Shown in pieces: positions 11,047 through 23,917 of a DNA stretch of 64,000 nt. This stretch comes from Euglena gracilis (Eukaryota): NCBI GenBank assembly GCA_039621445.1, contig CP154954.1:44433847-44497846 (forward strand). The letters are read 5' to 3'. Numbering within the stretch: the stretch's first letter is position 1; each line of letters begins with the position of its first letter. The translations under genes and the position numbers were made by a program. The notes under the pieces were generated by a model. That model had not been told where the DNA came from. It made no database searches and saw only the letters and a list, made by a program, of their open reading frames with translations.

Positions 11047-13902
11047 ATGGGTAGTCGATCGACCAGATGAAGGGTCGATTGACAGGTCGAAGTGTTGGTG
11101 ATTGATACGTGATAAATTGGTGCCTACAGGGGACCAGCTACCCCAAAGAGGCGCCCAACTAGGGTTAATACACATTGGGGGACCCTCGCTCGGCGCCTTC
11201 GGCGCCTCGCTCGGGTCCCCCAATGATTTTAACCCTAGTTGGGCGCCTCTTTGGGTTCGCTGGGTCCCCTGTAGACACCAAATTAACGACGATGAGGGGA
11301 TGGGATGGGACAGGTAGGAATGGAAACTTGACCCTAACCCTACGCCTTTAAATAACATCATCAACTTTTCGGGTTCTGGGCCTTCCGGCCTGCGGCCGCC
11401 GCCCGGGAGGGGGGGGGTTAAATAGTCGGTCACTGGTATCGACTTTTGGTGATTGATACGTGATAAATTGGTGCCTACAGGGGACCAGCTACCCCAAAGA
11501 GGCGCCCAACTAGGGTTAATAAACATTGGGGGACCCACGCTCGGCGCCTTCGGCGCCTCGCTCGGGTCAGGCTTTTGCTTAAGGACCCCCGGGGAGGGGG
11601 GTACTGGCTAGCCAATCGGCAAAAAACAAAAAAAAGTGGACTAGCTAGGCCCCCCCCTCCCCCCCGGGGGGGGGGGGGGTCCGGGGGTCCCCCGGACTGG
11701 AAAATTTTTTTTCCTCCGGCGCTGTGCGCCGGAGGAAAAACGAGGTTTTTAACAGGTTTTTGGCTGATTTTGTTCCAAAGATTCCCAAAAATGGCCAAAA
11801 ACGGGCATTTTTGGCCATTTTTGGGGGTCCCCAAAAAAATTTTCGGCGCTTCGCGCCGGTCACTGGAAAAAAATTTTCCACTAGCTAGCCCTGCTAGCAG
11901 ACCCCCCCCGGGGGGGGGCTGCTAGAAAACCCACTAGCCAAATTTGGACTAGCTGCAGTCCAGCCCCCCCCGGGGGGGGGGGGTGTACTGCAATCCCTTA
12001 AGCAAAAGCCTGGCTCGGGGGTCCCCCAGTGTTTTTAACCCTAGTTGGGCGCCTCTTTGGGTTCGCTGGGTCCCCTGTAGACACCAAGTTAACGACGATG
12101 AGGGGATGGGATGGGACAGGTAGGAATGGAAACTTGACCCTAACCCTATGCCTTTAAATAACATCATCAACTTTTCGGGTTCTGGGCCTTCCGGCCTGCG
12201 GCCGCCGCCCGGGAGGGGGGGGGGGTTAAATAGTCGGTCACTGGTATCGACTTTTGGTGATTGATACGTGATAAATTGGTGCCTACAGGGGACCAGCTAC
12301 CCCAAAGAGGCGCCCAACTAGGGTTAATACACATTGGGGGACCCTCGCTCGGCGCCTTCGGCGCCTCGCTCGGGTCAGGCTTTTGCTTAAGGACCCCCGG
12401 GGGGGGGGGGTACTGGCTAGCCAATCGGCTAGACACTGGAAAAAGTGGACTAGCGAGACCCCCCCCTCCCCCCCCGGGGGGGGGGTCCGGGGGTCCCCCG
12501 GACTGGAAAAAAATTTTTTTCCTCCGGCGCTGCGCGCCGGAGGAAAAACGAGGTTTTTAACAGGTTTTTGGCTGATTTTGTTCCAAAGATTCCCAAAAAT
12601 GGCCAAAAACGGGCATTTTTGGCCATTTTTGGGGGTCCCCAAAAAAATTTTCGGCGCTTCGCGCCGGTCACTGGAAAAAAATTTTCCACTAGCTAGCCCT
12701 GCTAGCAGACCCCCCCCGGGGGGGTCTGCTAGAAAACCCACTAGCCAAATTTGGACTAGCTGCAGTCCAGCCCCCCCCGGGGGGGGGGGGGGGTACTGCA
12801 ATCCCTTAAGCAAAAGCCTGGCTCGGGTCCCCCAGTGTTTTTAACCCTAGTTGGGCGCCTCTTTGGGTTCGCTGGGTCCCCTGTAGACACCAAGTTAACG
12901 ACGATGAGGGGATGGGATGGGACAGGTAGGAATGGAAACTTGACCCTAACCCTACGCCTTTAAATAACATCATCAACTTTTCGGGTTCTGGGCCTTCCGG
13001 CCTGCGGCCGCCGCCCGGGAGGGGGGGGGGGTTAAATAGTCGGTCACTGGTATCGACTTTTGGTGATTGATACGTGATAAATTGGTGCCTACAGGGGACC
13101 AGCTACCCCAAAGAGGCGCCCAACTAGGGTTAATACACATTGGGGGACCCTCGCTCGGCGCCTTCGGCGCCTCGCTCGGGTCAGGCTTTTGCTTAAAGAC
13201 CCCCCGGGGGGGGGGGTACTGGCTAGCCAATCGGCTAGACACTGGAAAAAGTGGACTAGCTAGACCCCCCCTCCCCCCCCGGGGGGGGGGGGGGGGTCCG
13301 GGGGTCCCCCGGACTGGAAAAATTTTTTTCCTCCGGCGCTGTGCGCCGGAGGAAAAACGAGGTTTTTAACAGGTTTTTGGCTGATTTTGTTCCAAAGCTT
13401 CCCAAAAATGGCCAAAAACGGGCACTTTTGGCCATTTTTGGGGGTCCCAAAAAAAATTTTCGGCGCTTCGCGCCGGTCACTGGAAAAAAATTTTCCACTA
13501 GCTAGCCCTGCTAGCAGACCCCCCCCGGGGGGGGTCTGCTAGAAAACCCACTAGCCAAATTTGGACTAGCTGCAGTCCAGCCCCCCCCCCGGGGGGGGGG
13601 GGGGGTACTGCAATCCCTTAAGCAAAAGCCTGGCTCGGGTCCCCCAGTGTTTTTAACCCTAGTTGGGCGCCTCTTTGGGTTCGCTGGGTCCCCTGTAGAC
13701 ACCAAGTTAACGACGATGAGGGGATGGGATGGGACAGGTAGGAATGGAAACTTGACCCTAACCCTACGCCTTTAAATAACATCATCAACTTTTCGGGTTC
13801 TGAATTGCAGCGGCATTCGGCCGCTGCGCGGCCTTCCGGCCTCCGGCCGCCGCCCGGGAGGGGGGGGCTTAAATAGTCGTCACTGGTCGATCGACTTTTC
13901 AT
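11047..13902. repeat. TIR-bounded tandem array of 4 units (one ~351-bp unit; three ~807-bp units carrying a family-1 MITE) inside a telomeric tract
   Basis: Unit start ttggtgattgatacgtgataaattgg at ~11095, 11446, 12253 and 13060. Outer inverted repeat agtcgatcgaccag / ctggtcgatcgact. Confidence 0.85.
11568..12012. mobile_element. hAT-like MITE family 1 (also 12376-12820 and 13182-13632)
   Basis: TIR caggcttttgcttaa; TSD gctcgggt; empty site with a single gctcgggt at 11209-11216. Confidence 0.92.
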
Positions 13903-13967
13903 AACCCTAACCCTAACCCTAACCCTAACCCTAACCCTAACCCTAACCCTAACCCTAACCCTAACCC
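13902..13967 (-). repeat. Interstitial telomeric repeat, (TTAGGG)n on the minus strand
   Basis: About 10 perfect ccctaa units. Confidence 0.95.
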
Positions 13968-14367
13968 TTTATCTTCGTAATTTGTGCGCATGTTCACCCT
14001 AACCCTGTTTTGAAAAAGCCTGTCTCTGGGGTCTAAACCATACTTCTTCCGAATAGCTTCGGATACATACGCCAAACCATTCCAATCGCTATCCATCCCA
14101 ACCCACGCCTTTCGCCCTGTCGAAAATACACTCTCGTCCTTCAGTAAAACCTTCAAAACCCTTCAGTCAGAGGAATAATTGGGCCAAAGATAAACAGGCG
14201 GGGGTCTAGGGGCCGGAAAGAACACCGTTTTCCGCAAATGGCACATACTGTGTGATGCACATGTGTAAGAGTGTGTGAAAGATGTGGGGAGTTAAAAACT
14301 GAGTAATTTTCCGACTGATTCTCTCTCTAAACAGATGCACGGTCTCCTGACGAGCAAGCATGTACAC

Positions 14368-14670
14368 GGGAGGAGGCTCGAGATTTCGTTCGAGGAGGCT
14401 CTAGAGCCTCCTCGAACGACCTCGAACGACGTTCGAGGAGGCTCTAGAGCCTCCTCGAACCTCCTCGAACCACGTTCGAGGAGGCTCTAGAGCCTCCTCG
14501 AACGACCTCGAACGACGTTCGAGGAGGCTCTAGAGCCTACTCGAACGTGGTTCGAGGAGGCTCTAGAGCCTCCTCAAACGCCTTTTAAGCCCCCCCTCGA
14601 GGGGGGGGGGTGCTTAAAAACGTTCGAGGAGGCTCGAGGTCGAACGTTCGATCTCGAGCCTCCTCCTACG
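14368..14670. repeat. Second foldback unit of CGAGGAGGCTCTAGAGCCTCCTCG palindromes
   Basis: Same palindrome as 10437-10730; a degenerate third copy lies at ~23955-24075. Confidence 0.85.
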
Positions 14671-15833
14671 GTTACCCCCCCGGGGTTGCTGGGCTAGGGC
14701 TAGAAATTTGGGCTGGCTAGCCCGCCCCCCCCCCCCGGGGGGGGCTGGACCCCGGCTGGACCCGAACCGGGGCGAGCTGGACTGAAATCGGAAAAATGCC
14801 AAAAAAATGACCCGCAGAACACAGTTTTGAAAAAAAAGATGCATCTGAAACCCCCCAAAAATGCCCCAAACGCCCCCCAAACCCCATTTTTGGCCACTTT
14901 TGAACACAGTTTTTCAAAAAATTTCGGCGCTTTGCGCCGAAAAATTTTGGGCTGGACCCCCCAAAATGGGCTGGCTGGCTGGGCTAGCAGCACCCCCCCC
15001 CGGGGGGGGGTGCTGCTGCGGCTGGGCTGGGCCCAAATCGGGGCTGGCTGCAGCCGCCCCCCCCCCCGGGGGGGTTCGCAAAACCTTAGAGAGATGTATG
15101 CATAACATGCATAACACACAAAACAGAATGACACCCACACCCACCCGCTGCTCCACAAGTGGGAAATGAAAAAGTGACCATTACAGCGGCTGGTTCCGAC
15201 GTATGGAGGAGGAAAACTGGTGTCCGGTGAAAGGAACAAATCTGGGAAATGAGAGAGAGAATGGGTGTGTGTGTTTGCGTGTTTGCAGAGGTGAATTATG
15301 GGACACGGTGTGGTGTCTGTCTGCGTCTCAAGGGTTAGGCTGGGAGAGCAGGAGGGGATGACGGGAGGGGGCAACAAAAACGGCGACAGGGAACTCTGCG
15401 GTGGCAGGACCCACGTTGAGGGGGAAGGGAAGGAGGCCCTCGCCCGGGCCTGCGAGGGCTGCAGGCAGCGGTGGGGCATGTTGGCTGTGGGGTCAGGACA
15501 TCTCGGGAGGCCATTGAGACCAATGGGCGGCGCACTGCAGCCATGACGCGCCTCGTGAGGCCTGCCCCCCCCCCACTGGGGCGATTTGCAGTATGGGTAA
15601 TTCCCCAAATAATACCCCTGGGGTATTATTCTTTCGCCCGAAGTCCTGGCCCGAGGGGGGGGATTATTTGGGGGGGGGGGGCAATACCACCCCAAAATTA
15701 TCGAAATTTTTCGAAGTCCCGTAGGAGCCAAAATAGCGCCAAAACTCCGTTTGGGGTCATTTTTTGTGCTTTCTTATGAAATTTACCATTTTTGGAGGTC
15801 ATATGATCCAGAAAAAATTGATTTTTTTTCGTA

Positions 15834-16308
15834 CCCGCCCCCCCCCCCCGGGCAATTGTCGCGTGACAAATCGGGCAGCACAGAGGGGGGTGACAATTTC
15901 CCGGGGTGACAATTTGGCCAGAACAGAGGGGGCTGACAATTGCCCGGGGCGTCAATTGCCCGGGGGCGTCAATTGCCCACCCATGTAAATCACATTTAAT
16001 CCAAATGACCAAGAACACCATCGGAAACACAAATGAACACAGGAAAAATGCAACTATGGTCGTGATATTGTACAGAGCGTTTGGTGTGCGAAAATTCTCA
16101 GCACGTTGTAGCGAAATAGAGGATCAATCGAGTTGTCGGCGAAAAGAAAATTCACAATGCAATACTGCAAATGCGGGGGTGACAAATTGGGCAGCACGGA
16201 AGGGGGTGACAATTTCCCGGGTGAAAAATTGGCCGGCACAGCCAGGGGTGACAATTGCCCAGGGGCGTCAATTGCCCGGGGGCGTCGATTGCCCGGGGGG
16301 GGCGCGGG
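15834..16308. mobile_element. Tc1/mariner-like MITE (TA TSD), family T2
   Basis: ta|cccgcccc..gggcaat ... attgcccgggg..cgcggg|ta with internal gtgacaatt repeats. Second copy at 30733-31214. Confidence 0.8.
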
Positions 16309-19300
16309 TAATTTGTTGTCAGAGATTGTGATTTTTACCGACATTTTCAGGTCAAAATCCGGTCCTTCGGCCCGAAACCGTGGGGGGGGGGTATTAAGCC
16401 GGTCGCCGAAGTCGGACCCCGAGGCGGGGGGGGGGTATTATTTGGGGGGTATTATTTGGGGGGAGGGTTCAATAAAGGTGAAAAGTTCCAGGCATACCAC
16501 CCCCATACATGCACCGGGAAACCTCCAGTATTCGGACATCTGAAGGGTGGTAACAAGCTGCTCGTTATCAACCCCGGGGATGCCCTCCAATGGAGCGCAT
16601 GCCCACCGGCCGATCCGGGCAAATCTTCTTTGAGGGCCAAGCTGAGGAGGGGGAGGGCTCCACCAACCCACCCACCACCACCACCCAGGGGCAACACTAC
16701 CCCCCCCCCCCAGGGAGGAGGGGCAGGGGTGTACGGGAATCCCCGAAACCCCATTGTGGTGGTGGGAGGGTCGACCAACCCCCCCCCTATTTTCGGGGGT
16801 GCCGCTTTTAGGTCAAAGCTTTCCTTCGGCTCCTTTGCCACGAAGGAATGGGCGGTGCCATGGTGACCTCCCAGGGCTGTCCGGGGGGGGGGGTCAATTT
16901 TGGGTTTTTCAACAAAAAAAAACAGAGGAAAACTTCCCAACCGCTTGACCCCAAGAAGGTGGGGGGGGAGGGTCAAATGGTGGACTCGCCCACCCTTTCC
17001 CTCCCCTTCTCACGGGAGTCCATCGTTTAAAAATTCCTGGGCATGACCCCTTCCCCTCCGGGGGGTCGGTGGGGGGGGGGGGTTGGTGGGGCCAAAGAAT
17101 GCCCAATACAGGTGCTGGGTATTATCTTAAATACCAGTGGTAGTAACCTTCTGTGGAAAAGGGGGAGGGGTAGATTTTTTTCGACGCCACATGCTGGGGA
17201 AAAAACCCACTTCGAAGCCTTGCAAAAACCATTTGAAAACCTTTAATCCTCATTCTAAAAGGGTCCTGGCATAAACTTTTCAGATAAAAATTACCTCTAA
17301 AAAGGATTTACATCAGTCAAATGCCCAAAATCTGCACTCTCCTGACGCTTCACATCACCCACCCCCTTGTCGAAGACAGCCTCTGCTTGACCCATCCATA
17401 TCAATGGGACAATGGCATGTTCTCAAACAACAAGCCATCACATAAAAAGGATCAGTCCCAACTTGTTTTCCATTTTGGTGCTGCTTTATTGACACAGAAC
17501 TCGGCACAAAACCCCAGTGTCAACTTTAACACCCCAGACATTTTCAAGACGGCATGGCTTCCACCACATGAGCATCGCCGGTGATCAGTGCGCCGGTGAG
17601 ACAGGTACACACAAGGGACGTTTTGGGGGCATTTAGCACCTCACTGAAAAGGTGGACAGGGGGGATAAGAGCGGAGAGGAGGAAATACACACACACGCAC
17701 AGAAGAGGTGTGACTGCGAGGTGAGAGAGACAGCAATTTCACAACCGATCACTGGCTGTCTTCATAAAAGACCCTGACCTCTCTTGCCGAACAGGGCTGG
17801 GGGGCGATTGGCTCTCAGAGTCTCGGGGGAAATCCATACAAGCTAGCAACCCTCCCTCCCAGGGGAGGGAACTGGCATTGCAACGGTGGGAGAAATTCCC
17901 ATACAGGAGGCAGTGACCCCCGGCCGAGGTTGTTTTCTTTTTTGACTTTGGTGCCCAAGGAAAACGTCGTTCCCTCTTCGTCTAAAAACTGAGAAAGATG
18001 GCGGGGAGGGGGTTTTGTTTGGCCAAAATATAGAGTGCCGATTTTGTTTGATTTTAATACCCCCTTGAGCTTTGTGGATGGTTACTCAACCCCAAGCCCC
18101 AAAGCCTATGTTAGCCCGTGGGGCTGTTGTGGTGGTGGTCTGTACACACTAGCACAGTCCTGCCCCACACAGCAGAACCCCAGCCAGCCGTGCCACAGGG
18201 CTGGGGTCAAGTCTGAAACCAGTCGTGCAACCCTTTTTGTTTGCATCTCTAAACCCAGCCCAGACAAGGTGATCAATACTGAGGCGGGTGGCTTTTGGAC
18301 AATACATGATAGTGACCCCTGTCAACGCTGAAGAGAATTCCTTGCAGATGGCTTGCAGTTATTCCTGATTCTGCAATATCTGCTCCAGCTTGTTTTTCAG
18401 CACCTCAGATCTTTCAAATTTGCTCAAGAAATCTTTTAGATGGGAGCGCACCTTTAAGAGACGCACCAGCCGCGCCACATTTTCCGCAATTTTTGCCGGG
18501 GAAAAACCATCCCTGCATTTGAATTCGAGCTTTATGAGCATTCCGTTGCCATCATTTTTCATGCAAAGTTTTGTTGCGTGCGTGAAATTTCTCTGTGTAT
18601 GTTTATGAACTTGTGCTTCCCGAAATTGGTCAAAAAATTCCAATACCAAAAACCAAGCCCGTGCAACCCTGACCTACCGGACTCGGGTTTACCCGCCTGT
18701 GACTTCGAGGCTTGCCCAAGCTGCTTCCTGATCCACTGGAGTTTTCACGGCCCATTTTCATCGGTTTTTGGTCCGCTTTGGAGCCAAAAATCGCGATCTT
18801 CCAAAGGAAGAAAATACAAACAAATGCACCCCCGTCAGATGAGGCATAGACAGAGGGTTCCTCAGGCTCCATTTTTGGTCGTCGGGCATTTCCTTCGGTT
18901 CCTTCTCTCAGGCTAATGTGGAGTTGTGGTTAAATCAAAATACTGGTAGATCGGGCACTCCCATGCTGATTGAAGGTCACCGGACAATTTTTTTTGGTTT
19001 TACCTCATATGCATTCAAATTGATTTCATTTTATTCATGGTATATATTCCACTGAACCATGATCCTTTTATGACCTTCATACTGTCCTTAGCTCGGCTCA
19101 ATCAAAAACCTGGTTTTCATTGGGTTCGATGAAGCCAAGCTGCAATTCCTTTAGTGGGGGTGGTCAAAGAGGGAAAAGACCACATTCTTTGGCCCCCGCC
19201 GAAACAAAATTTGAAAACTCATTTCATAAATTTTTCGTCTTACATGCGACCAAATGGGAGGGGGAGAGGAAAAAGGTTCAGCACAAAACGCGAAAGAATT

Positions 19301-19397
19301 CTTCACCCAAGCCGCATCTGGTCGGGGGTTTCCACTGCCTAAATTCTGGACACCTCGAGCCTCCTCCTGAAGGAAGCCCAAGCCCCATCCTCCCAAA

Positions 19398-19660
19398 CAG
19401 GTTGTTTTTAACCAACCCCGGGGGGGGGAGGGGGGGTCCAGAGTGCCTTGGGGTGCCTGCCCATGCAGGCACTACCCCCCCCCCGGGGTCGGATTTCGGC
19501 CTGCGCCCAGGCACATTCCTTTGAAAATGGGCCATTTTTGGCTCCCCGGCGCCTTTGGCGCCGGCGTCTGTGCTACTGCCCCCCCCCCGCGGGGGGGGGG
19601 GTCGGATCGGGAGTGCCTTGGGGTGCCTGCCCAGGCAGGGCACCACCTTAAAACAGCCTG
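19398..19660. mobile_element. hAT-like MITE family 2
   Basis: caggttgtttt...aaaacagcctg; perfect TSD ctcccaaa. Confidence 0.9.
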
Positions 19661-19736
19661 CTCCCAAACCAGTTGCATGAAAACAGCCGGGGTTGCAAAG
19701 GTGTCGGGGAGGGGAGACCGGGATGTGCCACCGCTG

Positions 19737-22700
19737 TTAGCAGCGGGGCGTCGCGGCGTCGTACAGGTCCTCTGTGGCGCACGACGGCTGGCGGTACACG
19801 GCGTGGGGGGAGGCCGGCTCCGGGTGGGGGGGCCGGTCCAGCAGGGAGCCGTCCGTCAGGGCCAGCAGCTCGAACACCACCATCTCCACCGCTGTCCGCA
19901 GACAGCCCCTTAAAGCGTGGGGCGGGGGGGGGGACGGATACGAAAGACACACCGGCCGCGGGGGAAACGGAATCAACGCCACGGGTAGGTCAGGAAACAC
20001 AGCAAGTGGTTGGCCTGAGGTCTAATGACAGAGAGGTCGAAAACATTTTGGCGTGAACTTTCTTGGCTGCAAACTGAGGTGAATAATGGGAACCCTGCGA
20101 AGCTGTCCATGCAGAGGTTATTTTTTAAGGACCCGGGTGGAGGGGGGTCCCCTTCCCGACCCTCCCCCCTCCCACTGGGTAAGACTGGCAGGAAGCTCCA
20201 AAAGTGCCCAAAATTGCGTTTTCAGGTATTTGCTTTCAGCAAATTGACAGAAACAGGTCATGAAAACATACGTCTGCTGGGAAAATTTCTTGGTTTCAAG
20301 GGGGGTCCCTGGACACCCCCTGGGGGGTTCAGACCCCCAGGGGGTGACCCCCCCTGGACAAAACCAACACTCACTTAATACCCTGCCCAGCCCGCCCGTC
20401 CCCCCCCCCGAGTCACCAAACTTAAAAAAAAATACTTGTGCCATTGTCCACTGTGGAAAGCTCTGACCTGGGTGCACATTCTGACACAGACGTTACTTAA
20501 TAAATTCATTTGAGATGTTGGTTGCAAAAATCGCCAACTTGCAAATGGCATGCTTTGGCACTGAACTCTACGATTCATTGCTCTGGAAAACACATAATTT
20601 GCAAATTATCCATTGTCCTGGACATTCACAAAATAGACAAAAAATCCGTCCAACTGTCCAAATACAATTTATCGAAGTTGCCAGAATCGAGTGGAAAACC
20701 TCCCTGGTTTAGACAAAACCAATTTCTTTTGGTTTCTGTTGCCAGCTGCAGCTGGCCGGGTCCCAACCAAAAACCCCAACAAATCATAGAAAATTGAGGT
20801 TATTTGAAGGAGTAGGATCAAGTTCTCGTGCGCACAACTGAATCCTTCCTGCAGAACGTCGTTATGTTGGCCTGACCCAAAGAGTCATTAATACACATGG
20901 GGGGCAAAGAGGGGCCAAACAAGCCAAATGTGCCGAGTGGCACATTTGGCCTCGCGTCCTCAACCTCAGTTGAGCAGCTCTTTGGGTTCACTGGTGCCTT
21001 GTGGGGATCAATTGGACCACATAATGATGCGACCCGATTGGGGTTGGGTTGTTGGACCTGTTGGCTCGTGAATGCCCACCCCTGGGAAACCGGGGAAGGA
21101 CCCACCGGGGGGAGGGGCTGGCCTGGCCTTGCCCTTCAGGCTGACGCCCTCCAGCCGGCGGGCGACCACCCGCCGCTCCACCGCTTCGTGCAGCTGCGGC
21201 CCGATGAGGATGCGCGTCTTGCGCTCCTTGTTGAGCCCCTCCAGCCGGCTTGGCCGCAGGCGCCCCTCGGGACCGGCCCCTCGGGGCCGAGCCCACGACA
21301 CTGGCGCGCCTGACGCCCACCAATACCGGCGAGTGGCGGGGACAGGGGGTTTTTTAAGACCGAGGGGGGGAGGGGCGAGGGGGTCGACACCCACCCACCC
21401 CCTGGGGTGGGGCTCCCGGGGGACCCTCCCACTTTTGCCCAAAAATGGCCAAAATGCTAAAAATAGCACCCTTTTCAAAAATTTTGGCGTCTTTGGCGCC
21501 AAAAAAGATATACCCACCAGCCCCTACCCCCACCCCCCCGGGGGAGGGGGAGGGGGTCCAAGGGACCCTACCCCCACCCTACCCCCCCCCCCGGGGGAGG
21601 GGGTCCAAGACTAAAAAAAACCGGGCGGGGGAGGGCGGGCCTGGCCGCCACGTTGACCACGTCCCCCACCACGGTGTAGTTCATGCGGTGCTGGGAGCCG
21701 AAGATGCCCGCCCGGACCTGCCCGGCCTCCAGGCCCATCCGCCCCGTGAGGTGGAGGCGCAGGGCACCCAGACCACAGGGGAGGGAACCCCCCGGACGCC
21801 CGCATGGGAGGGGGGTAGGAACACGGTGAGCCGGCGCAGTGTCCCTCCGCAGGGTGCTGGCCGCAGCCCCACCGTGCTGGGGCAGCAGTCCCCGATTGAG
21901 CTGAGTAGAATGAGGTGTACACGGCACAGAAGGTACCAGCTAACCCCCGATCAGAAGCCCTATCAGTCTGTTATTATGCACGTTGGTTAACGCCTGGGAG
22001 TAACGCCTGGGGGGGGGGGGGTTCTATCAGGCACAAATACAAGCTTTTCTCAAGTATTGTTGCTTTGGGGGGGGTGGAGGTTAATTTTAGAACTTTGGTT
22101 GAAAATACTGAGGGGGCTTCTGCCAGGGGCTTCTCCAAAAAAAAAGTGGGCAAAATTCTCCTTCCGGCGCTTTGTGCCGAGATTTTTTGGCACTTTTGAC
22201 AGGCTTTTTTTTTGCTCAAAAAAGTGTGAAAAATGGCAGTTTGGCAAATGTTTTTTGGCCAATTTCGGGAGTAAAAGTTTTCGGCCCGCGCTTCGCGATT
22301 TGGGACAGGGACATCTATTCTACTGGGGTTTGGTACTTGGGCTGGGGGACAAAGTCCCGAGGGCGGTTTGCTGTCTTCCAAAATGACACGTGAGCCAATA
22401 TGACCCCAACACGGCACCTTCCTTGAAAGTGGAGGGTGGGGTTGAGTGGGAGGCGGCAGGGGCACACGCCGCAACCCCCCCATCCCCCCCCCCCCCCCCC
22501 CCCCCACCCTCCCGGCCTTCGGCAGGCGCGCCGCGGGCGGAGGCCGGGGCCGTCCTGCCCGTGCAGCATCCAGTCCGCGCACTCCAGCGCCGCGCAGCAC
22601 GCCCGGAACTCATGGTCCGCCGTGGGCAGGCTCCGGCTTAAGGACCGTGGGGGGCACGCTGGCTGGCCATTTTGCTGGACGCTGGGGAAAACAGGAGGTC

Positions 22701-23917
22701 TTGTCACCAGCAAGACCTCCCAGGGGTCCCTGACGGAAAAAAAGTTTTTTTCCTCCGGCTGTGCGCCGAGGTTGAATGAGGAATTTAATATGTTTTTGGC
22801 CCGAAAATTCCCAAAAACAGACATTTTTGGCATAATTTGGTGGTTAAAAATTATTGTGCCAGTTACTGGGAAAAACTCTGCCAGCCCTGCTAGCAGGCCC
22901 GGAGGGTCCACCAGTATTTCCACAAATTTGGCTAAATTTGGACTACCTGCGGTCGATCCCCTTCCCGGGGGGGGGGGGGTACTGCGAACCCTTAAGCAGA
23001 AGCCTGGCCACGGGGGACGGCGTGTTCCAGAATGCCATGACACAGTCCCCGGCAGGGAGGCGGGTTTTGCCCAGGAAAGGAGCGACCCTCGGAGTGCAAG
23101 GCTACGACTTAAAGTATTGGATGCAACCGGGGGGGTTTCACAAAAAAAAAACAACCCAAAAAAACGAAAGGAGAGGACGGCCGGGGGGCGGTGGTAGCTG
23201 TGTTGCTGGGCGGGGTCCAGGCAGTGGGGGGGTCCAGAGCCGGAACTTGTATGGGTGGTAGCGGAGTTGTCCACCCCCACCCACCCACCCCCACCCTTAG
23301 ATTTTAGGCAAAAATTTTCCTTCACAGGAAGGGGGGACCGGATACCCTCAAACCCCCATTTTGCATTGTTTTTGACCATTTCTCCCTCAGAAATCTGGGG
23401 TTTGGACGAATTTCTTTCAGGCGCACCTCAAAGAAATACATCCATCCTATCATTCTTTTGTCATTTTCCAGAAAATACCGGAAATTTTCGGCTCAACACT
23501 TACCGACATTTCCCGGCGCGGGGCGAGACCCTGACAAGACCCCCCCCCCCGGGTTCCACTGAGTTCAAAAGGATATTGCCCCCCCCCCCCCCAGACAGCG
23601 GTGGCTCATGACTCAGCGTCATCAGCAAACTCTGTGCATCCTTTTCCAAATGGTGTGCTGCCCCCAACGCACTCACCCTGGCCGCCGATGTACTTGTCGA
23701 TCACCCCCCGGCGCCGCACGATGATGGAGGACAGCTCCTCGAAGAACGCGCCGATGCTCTCCACCAGCTGGGCCGCGTCGGTGGACTCCGTCAGGGTGGT
23801 GAAGTTCTCGATGTCGAGGAAGAACACCGTGGCGCGGGTGGGGACCATCGACAGCGCGACGGGGGTGCCGTGCTTCAGGCACGGCTGCAGCACCTCCACC
23901 GGCAGGAACCGCGTCGG
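19737..23917 (-). CDS. Adenylyl cyclase A, class III catalytic domain (exons ~23684-23917, 23010-23047, 22561-22621, 21647-21753, 21129-21251, 19737-19893)
   Basis: Spliced reading: RFLPVEVL..ATVFFLDIENFTTLTE..GVIDKYIG|DCVMAFWNTPSPV|ADHEFRACCAALECADWMLH|HLTGRMGLEAG..RMNYTVVGDVVNVA|SRLEGLNKERKTRILIG..VSLKGK|AVEMVVFELL..TPRC*. Both metal-binding Asp, the ATP-specifying Lys/Thr and the transition-state Asn/Arg are present. Exons join in frame using NNNCAG...CTGN5-6 junctions. Confidence 0.93.
21343..21623. mobile_element. hAT-like MITE family 3 in a cyclase A intron
   Basis: cagggggttttttta...ctaaaaaaaaccg; TSD ggcgggga/ggcggggg (7/8). Related to 25495-25765. Confidence 0.75.
22627..23006. mobile_element. 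Diverged family-1 MITE making up essentially the whole intron 22622-23009
   Basis: Ends caggctccggcttaagg / ccttaagcagaagcctg; interior matches 1444-1887 (ccctgctagcag, tactgc..cccttaagca); TSD gccgtggg/gccacggg (6/8). Confidence 0.85.

Noticed and set aside
13902-13967. True chromosome end
   Set aside because: The tract is short and internal, with related sequence continuing on both sides.
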